Made by a program: the position numbers and the translations under genes
Source of the DNA: Kerstersia sp.
GTDB lineage: Bacteria > Pseudomonadota > Gammaproteobacteria > Burkholderiales > Burkholderiaceae_B
Direction of reading: 5' to 3'
NCBI RefSeq assembly: GCF_052103615.1
Contig: NZ_JBQEKA010000005.1
Location: 11,357-75,356 of the forward strand
DNA length: 64,000 bases
The notes under the pieces: model-generated
What the model saw: the letters and a program-made list of their open reading frames with translations, nothing else
Database searches by the model: none
What the model was told of the DNA's origin: nothing
Shown here: piece by piece, positions 30,562-40,297 of the stretch
Layout of the letters: the number at the start of each line of letters is the position of its first letter
How positions within the stretch are numbered: the first letter of the stretch is position 1

Positions 30562-31029
30562 ATGACCCCTTTTGAAATCATACAAGAGCATCATTTCCTA
30601 GATTGGGTCACACTACTGGCAGGCTTAGAACGAGGATGGTGCACAAAGGAAGATGTCGTTAAGTATGCTGAGAACCAGCCATAAAAAAGCAATAGCGAAA
30701 TAGATACTCGGCTGATAGGTATCATCAACTCAGAACAAACTTCATATCTTGAACTTATTTCACAAATTCAAGATTTTCTTGACCACCCTGAAATTGAAAA
30801 AAACGAGAGCAACTCCGCATTATTAAAATGGAGGTTTGCATTCATCACGTCTTTACTAGAAAAAGAAACTTCAAAGCAAGAAAAAATAGCCCTGCTCCAG
30901 GAAATATATAGTCAATTTGGGTACCCTGAAGACATGATATCTTGCAGCGTTTACCACAACGACGGCATTGACCCTCTAGTCGCTGCGCAGACGGTTGTTG
31001 ATCTGTTACGCAAGAACCTCGAAAAATAA
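30562..31029 (+). pseudogene. DUF2247 (Imm38)-like immunity gene with a premature TAA at 30682-30684
   Basis: Not in the ORF track. MTPFEIIQEHHFLDWVTLLAGLERGWCTKEDVVKYAENQP*KSN...KWRFAF...EIYSQFGYPEDM...LEK*. Confidence 0.75.
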
Positions 31030-31248
31030 TCCTAATTTTTCAGGCAAATAACTTCAAAATTATTTGAAAACCTGTCACCAGCAGCACACGGTTGTCCGGA
31101 TAGGCACGGCAGAATCGTCAGGTGCAGGCACCCGGCGGTGCTGGCGGAAGACTGATATTTTTCCGAAAATACGATGCCACTCATGACATGAAGGCTTCCC
31201 GTCCGCCTGTCAGGCCGATTGGCAGCGGGTCGTTGATATAATGATTAT

Positions 31249-31600
31249 TTGATCAGCCTGCGCGGCGCGCCGACCTGTCTGTGTCGCGGCAGCTGCCCTG
31301 AGTTCACCCACATCCTGCTCTTGCGATGGGCGGCAGATGACCAGGCGGCAGATATACATCCGGCAACGGTACTGATCAAACCCGAAGCGCCCAGGCAGAA
31401 CAGCACCACGGGAACGCAACCCATAAAAGCTGCGACACCGGCTTCGGGATAAGTGCCTCTCAAGGGAATGGTTCCGCAGCCGCTTCGGGGCGCGGGTCAT
31501 CTTGAGGACTGGCTGCGCCGTCACCATGAGGTTCGGTCTCACGCCAGTCTGAATGACCTGACACCCTGGCAGTTCGTGGAAGCGCAGAGCCAGGATTGCA
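31249..31600 (+). mobile_element. Degraded IS3-family transposase C-terminal fragment
   Basis: Frameshifted pieces RGAP..GSCPEFT, LIKPEAPRQNS, LRDKCLSREWFRSRFGARVI and EDWLRRHHEVRSHASLNDLTPWQF parallel the IS3 OrfB motifs DNGPEF, IQPGKPQQN, LRDECL..EWF and RPHSSL..LTP. Confidence 0.85.
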
Positions 31601-31726
31601 CCGCCATGGCCAGCGCCCCTCATACCCATGACAGGAAATTCCAGGCAGGGGAACGGCTATCGTTCGTTGCTTCGCCTGGCCTACAAGCCGTAGTAAATAA
31701 AGCTGCTGAAACAGCGTTTTGAGAAA

Positions 31727-31882
31727 ATGATGGATGATTGGGTCCCTTTAGCCTTAGGTACGATCAAGTTCATTGTGCTGGGCACATGCTGTTTTTTCGC
31801 CATTAAGTCGCATCGCGATGGCGCAAAAAAAGAGCGTGAGGAAGAGCTGGAAAGAGAGAGAAAGATGAAGGAATCGTCGTAG
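31727..31882 (+). CDS. Small single-pass membrane protein (51 aa)
   Basis: MMDDWVPLALGTIKFIVLGTCCFFAIKSHRDGAKKEREEELERERKMKESS; below the ORF track cutoff. Confidence 0.6.
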   Translation: MMDDWVPLALGTIKFIVLGTCCFFAIKSHRDGAKKEREEELERERKMKESS

Positions 31883-31958
31883 GCCAACGCCACACGATGT
31901 CATCCAGGGCGCTCAGAAATACCGTGTTTCACGACGCTTGCCCTGCACGTCCTGGCAC

Positions 31959-32762
31959 TCACATCAAACGCGACAACAACTCCTGACGGTAGCGAATGCC
32001 CATGCGGGCAAATGCCCGATTGCGATAGGTTTTGGTCGTCGATACCGACAGAGACAAATCTGCCGCAATGCCGTCGTATGTCCACCCCAAGGCCAGCCGG
32101 ACGCAAACGTCGCGCTCACGCGGGCTCAAGGTCGGGCAATAGCGCGCCAGACGCTGGCGCATGGCATCCATGGACGGCAGTCCCGCCGGTGCCTCCAGCG
32201 CCAGATGGCGGGTCAGGCAGGCACGCACGACAGGGACTAGCCCGCCCAATATGTCGATTTCACGCTCACTGAAACCGCTCTGGCCTGCATGCCGATAGAA
32301 ATTGATGGCCAGCAGTTCATTATCCTGCTCGACATTGACCACAGAAACACGCTCGCGCATCCCATGCCGGCGATAAATACGGTCGCTATGCGCACGCGGC
32401 AAATCATGCGCATGTATGTGGGATAGCACCGCGTCGCCCGGGATGGCCATGCCGTGCATAACGCCTAGTGACGCATCCTGCTGGTACAAGCCATCGGCAT
32501 AGGCTGCAAAACAATCCTGCGTGATATCCAGCGCCCGGTACGCGCCTGACACATGCAGGCGCGGAGGACGATCCCGATACAAGCGATAGACCGACCAGGA
32601 CGCTGCCGGCATGGTCAAGTTGAAAGCAGCCAGTGCTGCCTTGCCAAACTCCGCGCCTCCAATGCCCGCCACCATCTCTGCCACGGTATGCAAATGCTGG
32701 CGCAGACCTGTCTCCCGGCCTGATGCCGAATCCTGTATCTGGGCTAGGTTCCAGTATCTCAT
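31959..32762 (-). CDS. LuxR-type HTH regulator with an N-terminal GAF-like sensor
   Basis: GGAGG SD before ATG 32762; LSPRERDV...GWTYDGIAADLSLSVSTTKTYRNRAFARMGI. Confidence 0.88.
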   Translation of the reverse strand: MRYWNLAQIQDSASGRETGLRQHLHTVAEMVAGIGGAEFGKAALAAFNLTMPAASWSVYRLYRDRPPRLHVSGAYRALDITQDCFAAYADGLYQQDASLGVMHGMAIPGDAVLSHIHAHDLPRAHSDRIYRRHGMRERVSVVNVEQDNELLAINFYRHAGQSGFSEREIDILGGLVPVVRACLTRHLALEAPAGLPSMDAMRQRLARYCPTLSPRERDVCVRLALGWTYDGIAADLSLSVSTTKTYRNRAFARMGIRYRQELLSRLM

Positions 32763-32922
32763 CGCCCCTCCCTCTACCCGTACTGTCGTCTTCATGGACG
32801 ACATGACGGATTGCCTCCTGGTTTCTAAGCTCTATTCCGTACCGGCAACACCATAACCAGCCTGCGTGTCACCCGGCAATCGGGCCTAACGCTAACCCCT
32901 ATCGCCGGCACGGGAGATCCTT

Positions 32923-34080
32923 ATGAAACGACGTATTCTTGCCTATGCCGTCGCATTGGGCGGTATCAGCTTCGCCCCCGTTCACGCTATCGAACCGGTA
33001 TTGAATATCGGCGTCATCCTATCGACCACCGGGCCCGGCGCCTCGCTAGGCAAACCCGCGGAAAAGACGGTTGCCCTGTGGCCGGAGCGGATCGGCGGCA
33101 TCAAAACCCGTGTCACCTTGCTTAATGACGACACAGACCCCACTACCGCCGCCCGCAATGCCTCACGACTCATCATCAATGACTCCGTCGATGTCATCGT
33201 AGGCCCTTCCTTGACGCCGTCTTCCATCGCCATTCTGGATACGGTGGCCCAACACAGGACGCCGCTGATTTCTCTGGCGGGTGGCGGTGATATCGTCGCG
33301 CCCATGAACGGCACACGCAAATGGGCCTTCAAGATGTCTCCCCCCGAAGCCATTGCCGTCCGCAAGGTATTGGCGCATATGCAAGCAAACCAGCAGACCC
33401 GCCTGGGCGCCGCCGCGATTACCACCAGCTATGGTGATGGCTTTCTGAAAGCCCTGACGGAGGCCGCGCCGCACTATGGCGTTCAGCTGACCGGCGTGGA
33501 ACGCTACAACCAGACAGATCCCAGCTTTACGGCCCAGGCCTTGAAACTCATAGCAGGCAAGCCAGACGCGATTTACATCTTCAGTGCGGGCACGCCTGGC
33601 GCCCTCCCTCAGCTGGAACTGGCGGCACGCAACTACCGCGGCCAGATTTACCAAACCCAGGGGGTCGCCAATGCTGACTTTCTGCGGGTTGGAGGCAAGA
33701 TCCTGGAAGGAACGCTGTTAACAGCCGGGCCGGTTCTGGTTGCAGAGCAACTGCCAGACACCCATTCCAGCAAAGCCACAGCAGTCGATTACGTCAACCG
33801 CTATGAAGCCGCCCATGGCCCTGGGTCACGCTCTTTATTTGGCGCCAGCGCCTGGACCGCCATGCTGTGGCTGGATCACGCCGTGCCCCAGGCCTTGGCG
33901 CACGCGCAACCCGGTACACCCGCATTCCGTTCCGCCCTTCGTGACGCGCTCGAAACCATGCAAGGTGTCACCACGCCGGAAGGCAGCTACAGCATGTCGG
34001 CTGATGACCACAATGGCGCCGGTGATGACACACAGGTTCTGGTCCGCATCGGACACAATGCCTGGAGGCTGGCGGAATGA
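32923..34080 (+). CDS. ABC substrate-binding protein (LivJ-like, aromatic-acid-binding type)
   Basis: Signal peptide; LSTTGPGASLG, NDDTDPT, VANADFLRVGG. Confidence 0.85.
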   Translation: MKRRILAYAVALGGISFAPVHAIEPVLNIGVILSTTGPGASLGKPAEKTVALWPERIGGIKTRVTLLNDDTDPTTAARNASRLIINDSVDVIVGPSLTPSSIAILDTVAQHRTPLISLAGGGDIVAPMNGTRKWAFKMSPPEAIAVRKVLAHMQANQQTRLGAAAITTSYGDGFLKALTEAAPHYGVQLTGVERYNQTDPSFTAQALKLIAGKPDAIYIFSAGTPGALPQLELAARNYRGQIYQTQGVANADFLRVGGKILEGTLLTAGPVLVAEQLPDTHSSKATAVDYVNRYEAAHGPGSRSLFGASAWTAMLWLDHAVPQALAHAQPGTPAFRSALRDALETMQGVTTPEGSYSMSADDHNGAGDDTQVLVRIGHNAWRLAE

Positions 34081-34577
34081 CATCAACATTGCATCTGCCA
34101 TCGCCTGGCCTGATTCCCGCCATGACGCTTTCTGTCGATGTCGGTGAAGCGCAGGACGTCGGCTGGGTGAACTCCGCTCATGGCAGCGGGCGCAGGCGTG
34201 TCGTGCCTATCCTGGGCGGCCATGCCCGTTGCGTCCACCCGAGCGGCCAGTGGCAGGCGCGGATTTTGCCTGCTGGCGCCGACTTTCAGTTGCTGACGCA
34301 AGACGGCGTTGCCTGCCTGAATGCCCGCTATTTGCTGGAAACCGATGCGGGCGACCTGATTTATGTTGACAACACCGCCATTCGCCGCGGCCCGCCAGAT
34401 GTCATCGCCCATTTGTTGGCGGGCGATGCCGTTGACCCCGCGCAGGTTTATTTTCGCTGCCAGCCACGCTTTGAAACGCAGCAAAACAGCCTGCGCTGGC
34501 TCAATGAGAGCCTGTTTCTAGGCAGCGGCACCCGCCAGCCAACAGACGTCTATCTAGAAATCTACGCCGTCACATGA
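34077..34577 (+). CDS. DUF3237 (UPF0311) family protein
   Basis: RRVVPILGG, GADFQ, LNARY, YFRCQPRFET, WLN..LFLG.G.R. Confidence 0.85.
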   Translation: MTSTLHLPSPGLIPAMTLSVDVGEAQDVGWVNSAHGSGRRRVVPILGGHARCVHPSGQWQARILPAGADFQLLTQDGVACLNARYLLETDAGDLIYVDNTAIRRGPPDVIAHLLAGDAVDPAQVYFRCQPRFETQQNSLRWLNESLFLGSGTRQPTDVYLEIYAVT

Positions 34578-34659
34578 AGGCAGCAATGCCTACTTAACAC
34601 CGCTCGCACCGTCCAGCAGACGGCACAGCCTGTTCTGGGCCTGACTCACCGCCCAAATA

Positions 34660-34669
34660 ATGTATACAT
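34660..34669. promoter_or_regulatory. Putative GntR/FCD operator ATGTATACAT
   Basis: Perfect 10-bp palindrome; further copies at 34869-34889. Confidence 0.55.
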
Positions 34670-34868
34670 AACCTCCTAAAAACTCAGACAACAGGGCAAG
34701 CATTGATCCTCACCAGTTGATTTCAACTTATTGGAAATCTGCATTGCATCTCATCAAAAACGCCTGATACCCAGAAAAAAAATACTCAAAAACATCAAGA
34801 CAAAGGTTTTCCCTAGCTCTCGCTTACCCTCGAATTCACACTCACCCCATTGTCATTCCCGAGCCAGG

Positions 34869-34889
34869 ATGAATACATTATGTATACAA
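34869..34889. promoter_or_regulatory. Tandem putative GntR operators upstream of vanA
   Basis: ATGAATACAT-T-ATGTATACAA, about 30 bp before the start codon. Confidence 0.6.
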
Positions 34890-34919
34890 CACATCCAATA
34901 CCCTTCCGGGAGACAAAAC

Positions 34920-36038
34920 ATGAGCGAACGCAAGCCGGCCTTCCCCCTTAATGCCTGGTACGCCGCCGCCTATGACGTGGAGATCACGCACGCGCTGCTG
35001 GCCCGCACCATCTGCAAGCAGGATATGGTGTTCTACCGCCGCACCGATGGCGTGGTCGCCGCGCTGGAAGATGCCTGTTGGCACCGGCTGCTGCCCTTGT
35101 CCATGGGGCGCCTGGAAGGCGACGAGCTGGTCTGCGGCTATCATGGCCTGGTGTTTAATTCGGCTGGCCGCTGCACCCATATGCCCAGCCAGGAAACACT
35201 GAACCCTTCGGCCTGTGTGCGCACTTTCCCAGTGGTGGAGCGCCACCGTTTTGTTTGGGTATGGCCCGGTGATCCGGCCAAGGCCGACCCTGTGCTGATT
35301 CCCGACCTGCATTGGAATCATGACCCGGCCTGGGCCGGTGACGGCAAACGTATCCAGGTGAAGTGCGATTACCGGCTGGTGATCGACAACCTGATGGATC
35401 TGACGCACGAAACCTTTGTGCATGGCTCCAGCATCGGCAACCGCGCCGTGGCGGAAGCGCCCTTTGTCGCCACCCACGGCGACCGCACTGCGACGGTGAC
35501 GCGCTGGATGGAAAACATCGAAGCGCCGCCGTTCTGGGCCGGGCAAATCAAGCAGGCGCGCGGCTACACCGGCCCGGTGGACCGCTGGCAGGTCATCCGC
35601 TTCGAGGCTCCCTGTACGGTCACCATTGATGTGGGCGTTGCCGAGACTGGCACCGGCGCTATTCCGCCTGGCGGCAATGCCGGCGACCCGAATGCCGGTG
35701 ACCGCAGTTGCGGCGTCAATGGCTTCGTGCTCAATACCATCACGCCGGAAACGGATGGCACCTGCCATTACTTCTGGGCCATCACGCGCAATTACCTGAC
35801 GGACGAGCAGCGCCTGACGCATCAAATGCGCGAAGGGGTTTCTTCGATTTTCCGTGAGGACGAAGTGGTGCTCGAAGCCCAGCAGCGCGCCATCGACGCC
35901 CGCCCCGGCCACAAGTTCTACAACCTGAATATCGACGCCGGTTCCATGTGGGCGCGGCGCCTGATCGACGGGCTGGTCGAACGCGAAACATCCGGCACCA
36001 AACCGCCAGCCATTGTTCCCATCCGCCAGGTAGCCTGA
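34920..36038 (+). CDS. vanA: Rieske oxygenase alpha subunit, vanillate O-demethylase-like
   Basis: CWH-X-CGYH Rieske motif, DNLMDLTHETFVH, EDEVVLEAQQ; GGGAGA SD. Confidence 0.88.
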   Translation: MSERKPAFPLNAWYAAAYDVEITHALLARTICKQDMVFYRRTDGVVAALEDACWHRLLPLSMGRLEGDELVCGYHGLVFNSAGRCTHMPSQETLNPSACVRTFPVVERHRFVWVWPGDPAKADPVLIPDLHWNHDPAWAGDGKRIQVKCDYRLVIDNLMDLTHETFVHGSSIGNRAVAEAPFVATHGDRTATVTRWMENIEAPPFWAGQIKQARGYTGPVDRWQVIRFEAPCTVTIDVGVAETGTGAIPPGGNAGDPNAGDRSCGVNGFVLNTITPETDGTCHYFWAITRNYLTDEQRLTHQMREGVSSIFREDEVVLEAQQRAIDARPGHKFYNLNIDAGSMWARRLIDGLVERETSGTKPPAIVPIRQVA

Positions 36039-36150
36039 TCACCGCGAGCACCGGCAGTTGCGGCCCGCAGCAAAAAACCGCGCCCGCCCATGGCATCACC
36101 CCGCCAGGGCGGTTACCCTGCCGAACAGTTCCCTTACCTTGCAGGAATGA

Positions 36151-36933
36151 ATGATGCCCACTGCTCTCCGACAAGCCGGCGATGACGCTGCCACCAGCAC
36201 CTCGCAAACCGTCAAGGCGCAACGCCAGATCCGGGAATTGATACTGGCCGGCACCCTGCCAGGCGGCAGCCGTATTGCCGAGCTGACCATCGTGGAAAAG
36301 CTGGGCATTTCACGCACGCCCATCCGTGCCGCGCTCATGCGGCTGGAACAGGAAGGCCTGCTGGAAACCCTGCCCGGCGGCGGCTACGCCGTCAAGATTT
36401 TCTCGGAACGCGATGTCACGGACGCCATCGAATTGCGCGGCATGCTCGAAGGCCTGCTGGCACGCCTGGCCGCTGAACGCGGCGCTTCCGGCATGTTGCT
36501 GCAGGAAGCGCGGCGCTGCCTGATCCATATTGATGAATGGCTGCGCGCGCCCACGCTCAGCGACGACACGTTTTCCCAGTATGTCGCGATGAACGAGCGC
36601 TTCCATGCGCTGCTGCACGACATGGCTGACAGCCCGACCATCGCGCGCCAGCTCGAACGCGTCATCAGCCTGCCATTTGCCTCGCCTTCCGGCTTTGTGA
36701 TTGCCGAAGCCGAATCCCCCAACGCCCGCGACCTGCTGGCCGTGGCGCAGTATCAGCACTGGCAGGTGCTGGACGCCATCGAGGCGCGCGAAGGGGCGCG
36801 CGCGGAAATCATCATGCGCGAACACTCGCGTATCGCCCAGCACAATTTCCAGCGCGTGCTGCATAGCCCGGACGCCGTGCCCGCGTTGCCCCCGCAATCC
36901 ATCGGCGTGCCATTGATACGCCGCAAGATCTGA
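36151..36933 (+). CDS. GntR/FCD regulator (VanR-like)
   Basis: ISRTPIRAALMRLEQEGL HTH, NERFH, HWQVLDAI. Confidence 0.88.
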   Translation: MMPTALRQAGDDAATSTSQTVKAQRQIRELILAGTLPGGSRIAELTIVEKLGISRTPIRAALMRLEQEGLLETLPGGGYAVKIFSERDVTDAIELRGMLEGLLARLAAERGASGMLLQEARRCLIHIDEWLRAPTLSDDTFSQYVAMNERFHALLHDMADSPTIARQLERVISLPFASPSGFVIAEAESPNARDLLAVAQYQHWQVLDAIEAREGARAEIIMREHSRIAQHNFQRVLHSPDAVPALPPQSIGVPLIRRKI

Positions 36934-36961
36934 ACGTCACCAAGACCTGGCAGGATCCACC

Positions 36962-37972
36962 ATGAGAACCCACGACAGCACGCCTCTACCGGCCCTTATC
37001 GTCAGCACCCGAGACCTGACGCCAAGCATCCGCGAATTCCTGATCCAGCCTCAGGACAGCCCTGTCGTCGGACACGAGCCTGGCGCCCATCTGCCGGTGC
37101 AAGTCATGGTGCCCAATGCCAGCGGCACATTGCAGCCGCAACTGCGCCATTACTCCCTGGTCGGCGAACCGGATGCCGCCGGCTACCGCATCGCCGTCAA
37201 ACGGCAGGACGATGGCCGTGGCGGCTCGCTGGCCATGTGGCGCCTGGAACCGGGCGACCGGCTGGCCATTTTCACGCCCAACAATCATTTCCCGCTGGAT
37301 CTCCAGGCCAGCAGCTATCTGCTGGCCGCAGGCGGCATAGGCATTACACCGCTGGTCTTCATGGCGCAACGCCTGCAAGCGCGCGGCGCCAGCCTGCAGA
37401 TGATTTACAGCGCCCGCTCGGCCCAGGAGCTGGCCTATGCCCAGCTCTTGCGCGGGCAGCTGGGTGATGCGCTGCAACTGCATGACGGCAGCAGCGCGGC
37501 CCTGCCTGACTACGCCGCCGCCATTCGCCAACTGCCCGCCGATGGCCTGATGTACACCTGTGGCCCCGCCCCCATGCTGGAAGCGCTCAAACGCTGCTGG
37601 GCGGAAAGCGGCCGCCCGCTGGCGAATCTGCGTTTCGAAACCTTCGGCAGCAGCGGCAGCCACCCGGCCCAGGCATTCACCGTGCGGATCCCGCGCCACG
37701 ATATGGAAGTGACCGTCCCGGTGGGCGCCAGTCTGCTGGACACACTGGAAGCCGCAGGCGTTGCCACGATTTCCGACTGCCGCCGGGGCGAATGCGGCCT
37801 GTGCGTCATGGATGTCCTGGGGGTGGAGGGTGTCATCGACCACCGCGACGTCTTCCTGTCTGAAGAAGAAAAGCACAGCAACACCCGTCTGTGCGCCTGC
37901 GTCTCACGCGTTGTTGGCAATATCTCGCTGGATACGGCCTACCGTTGCGACACCCTGCCTCTGCCAGCCTAG
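36962..37972 (+). CDS. vanB: PDR/VanB family oxidoreductase
   Basis: RHYSL, AGGIGITP, YTCGP and the C-terminal 2Fe-2S motif CRRGECGLC...C. Confidence 0.9.
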   Translation: MRTHDSTPLPALIVSTRDLTPSIREFLIQPQDSPVVGHEPGAHLPVQVMVPNASGTLQPQLRHYSLVGEPDAAGYRIAVKRQDDGRGGSLAMWRLEPGDRLAIFTPNNHFPLDLQASSYLLAAGGIGITPLVFMAQRLQARGASLQMIYSARSAQELAYAQLLRGQLGDALQLHDGSSAALPDYAAAIRQLPADGLMYTCGPAPMLEALKRCWAESGRPLANLRFETFGSSGSHPAQAFTVRIPRHDMEVTVPVGASLLDTLEAAGVATISDCRRGECGLCVMDVLGVEGVIDHRDVFLSEEEKHSNTRLCACVSRVVGNISLDTAYRCDTLPLPA

Positions 37973-37984
37973 CTCATGTTTATT

Positions 37985-38000
37985 ATGAATTATTTTCATA
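37985..38000. promoter_or_regulatory. Putative LysR-type site ATGAA-N5-TTCAT
   Basis: ATGAATTATTTTCATA upstream of the ABC operon; 15/16 identical to 4857-4872. Confidence 0.6.
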
Positions 38001-38117
38001 TTAACCGTTTATCCATATTGCTTTAAGCCAGCATAAGAACTGGTGCTATCCCTGCATATTTAGGACAATTACAATCCTTGTCTGACTCACCTGCTGTTCC
38101 GCCGGAGACTTTCTAAC

Positions 38118-39311
38118 ATGAAAAAACGTCAATTTCTGGGTGCCCTGCTGGGCGCCGCCGCCTTTGCCGGGATCGCGCCTTCCGCCCTGGCGCAGGAAAA
38201 ACCTTTCAAGGTAGGCCTGCTGCTGCCCATGACGGGCCAGTTCGCCACCACCGGCCGCCAGCTGGAAGCCGCGGCCAAGCTGTATGTCCAGGAACATGGC
38301 GATGTCGTCGCAGGCCGCAAGGTCGAACTGATCGTCAAGGACGATACGGGCGTGCCGGATATCTCCCGCCGCCAGGCTCAGGAATTGCTGGTCAAGGATA
38401 AAGTCGATGTGCTGGCCGGTTTCGGCCTGACGCCGCTGGCGCTGGCTGCCGCGCCGCTGGCGACGCAATCCAAGACCCCCGAAGTCGTCATGGCTGCCGG
38501 CACTGCCAGCATTACCGAAGCATCTCCCTACATTGTGCGTACCAGCGTCACCCTGCCTCAGGGCGCAGCCACCATGGCCAAATGGGCGCCGGAAAACGGC
38601 ATCAAGAAAGTCGTGACACTGGTCAGCGACTACGGCCCCGGTATCGACGCCGAACAGTCCTTCATCGAAGAATTCAAGAGCAAGGGCGGTGAAGTCGTCG
38701 AAACCCTGCGCGTGCCGCTGCGCAACCCGGACTTCTCCCCCTTCCTGCAGAAAGTGCGTGACATCCAGCCCGATGCCGTCTTCGTCTTCGTGCCCTCTGG
38801 CGCTGGCGCAGCCCTGGTCAAGCAGTTCGTGGAACGCGGCATGGACAAGGCCGGCATCCGCCTGATCGGCACCGGCGACCTGACCGACGACGACCTGCTC
38901 AACGGCATGGGCGACGACGCGCTGGGCATCATCACCGCCTATCACTACTCAGCCGCGCACCCGTCGGAAGCCAACAAACAATTCGTGGACGCCTTCAAAA
39001 AGGCCAACAACGGCATGCGCCCCAACTTCATGGCCATTGGCGCCTATGACGGCATGCATGTGATCTACGAAGCCATCAAGGCCACCGAAGGCAAGGGCGA
39101 CGGCCCGGCGCTGCTGGCCGCCATGAAAGGCCTGAGCTACGAAAGCCCGCGCGGCCCGGTCACCATCGACCCGGAAACGCGTGACATTATTCAGAACATC
39201 TACCTGCGTGAAGTGAAGCGCGACCCGGCAGATGGCGAACTCTACAACATCGAATTCGACGTGGCCGAAGCCGTGAAGGATCCGTACAAGGAAGCCAAGA
39301 AGAACAAGTAA
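38118..39311 (+). CDS. Branched-chain-type ABC substrate-binding protein
   Basis: Signal peptide; LLPMTG, KDDTG, SDYGPG, ESPRGP. Confidence 0.92.
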   Translation: MKKRQFLGALLGAAAFAGIAPSALAQEKPFKVGLLLPMTGQFATTGRQLEAAAKLYVQEHGDVVAGRKVELIVKDDTGVPDISRRQAQELLVKDKVDVLAGFGLTPLALAAAPLATQSKTPEVVMAAGTASITEASPYIVRTSVTLPQGAATMAKWAPENGIKKVVTLVSDYGPGIDAEQSFIEEFKSKGGEVVETLRVPLRNPDFSPFLQKVRDIQPDAVFVFVPSGAGAALVKQFVERGMDKAGIRLIGTGDLTDDDLLNGMGDDALGIITAYHYSAAHPSEANKQFVDAFKKANNGMRPNFMAIGAYDGMHVIYEAIKATEGKGDGPALLAAMKGLSYESPRGPVTIDPETRDIIQNIYLREVKRDPADGELYNIEFDVAEAVKDPYKEAKKNK

Positions 39312-39418
39312 TCCGCGTTCAGCGGCGGCCGGGCCTTGCCGTCCGCCGCTGCCCGCCAGGCGCGCGCCCCGCGGCGCCGCCCGCCCTTTCCGCTTCTCTC
39401 CGCTACGCCCCGCCCCCT

Positions 39419-40297
39419 ATGCTGACCATACTTTTCGACGGCATCGCCTACGGCATGCTGCTCTTCGTATTGGCTGTCGGCCTGGCAGTCACCATGGGCC
39501 TGATGAATTTCATCAACCTGGCCCATGGCGCCTTCGCCATGGTTGGCGGCTATGTCACCGTGATCCTGATGCAGCGTCACGGCATTCCCTTCCTCGTCTG
39601 TCTGCCGGTGGCCTTCATTGTGGCCGCCGCCCTGGGCGCCCTGCTTGAGCGCACGCTCTACCGCCATATGTATGGCCGCCCCCACCTGGACCAGGTGCTG
39701 TTTTCCATCGGCCTGACCTTCATGGCTATTGCCGCCGCCGACTACTACATGGGCTCGTCCCAGCAGCTCGTCCAGATGCCGGACTGGCTGCGCGGCCGCA
39801 CCGAAGTCGCCATCGGCCCCTGGACACTGGGCATGGGGTACTACCGTATCTTCATCATCGCGGTCTGCGCCGCGCTGACGCTGGTTCTGCAGTATCTGCT
39901 GTCCCGCACCCGTTTCGGCAGCCGCCTGCGCGCCGCCGTGGACGATCAGCGTGTCGCGGCCGGCATGGGCATCAATGTCAACCGTGTCTTTCTGCTGACC
40001 TTTGCCGCAGGCTCCGGGCTGGCCGGGCTGGGCGGCGCCATGGGGGCTGACCTCATGGGCCTGGACCCCAGCTTTCCGCTCAAGTTCATGGTGTATTTCC
40101 TGATCGTGGTCGCCGTCGGCGGCACCGCCTCCATCACCGGGCCCTTGCTGGCCGCACTGCTGCTGGGGATTGCTGACATCGCCGGCAAATACTACATCCC
40201 GCAACTGGGCGGTTTCATTGTCTATGGCGTCATGATCGTCATCCTGATCTGGCGCCCCCAGGGCCTGTTTGCCCGCAAAGGAGGCCGAAAAGCATGA
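39419..40297 (+). CDS. Branched-chain ABC permease (LivH-like)
   Basis: NLAHGAF, GSRLRAAVDD, GMGINV. Confidence 0.92.
   Translation: MLTILFDGIAYGMLLFVLAVGLAVTMGLMNFINLAHGAFAMVGGYVTVILMQRHGIPFLVCLPVAFIVAAALGALLERTLYRHMYGRPHLDQVLFSIGLTFMAIAAADYYMGSSQQLVQMPDWLRGRTEVAIGPWTLGMGYYRIFIIAVCAALTLVLQYLLSRTRFGSRLRAAVDDQRVAAGMGINVNRVFLLTFAAGSGLAGLGGAMGADLMGLDPSFPLKFMVYFLIVVAVGGTASITGPLLAALLLGIADIAGKYYIPQLGGFIVYGVMIVILIWRPQGLFARKGGRKA

Larger units (their letters stand above)
26400..31100 (+). mobile_element. AT-rich horizontally acquired array of immunity-like genes
   Basis: Abrupt switch to A-rich sequence; about eight short co-oriented ORFs or pseudogenes; IS relic at the right flank. Confidence 0.75.

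Noticed and set aside
26400-31100. Integron cassette array (attC sites)
   Set aside because: Some gene ends have RYYTAAC-like cores (e.g. ACCTAAC at 27662), but I found no matching GTTRRRY ends, no consistent attC palindromes and no integrase.
31230-31252. Fur box GATATAATGATTATT
   Set aside because: Only about 11/19 match, at the edge of the IS relic, with no plausible target gene.
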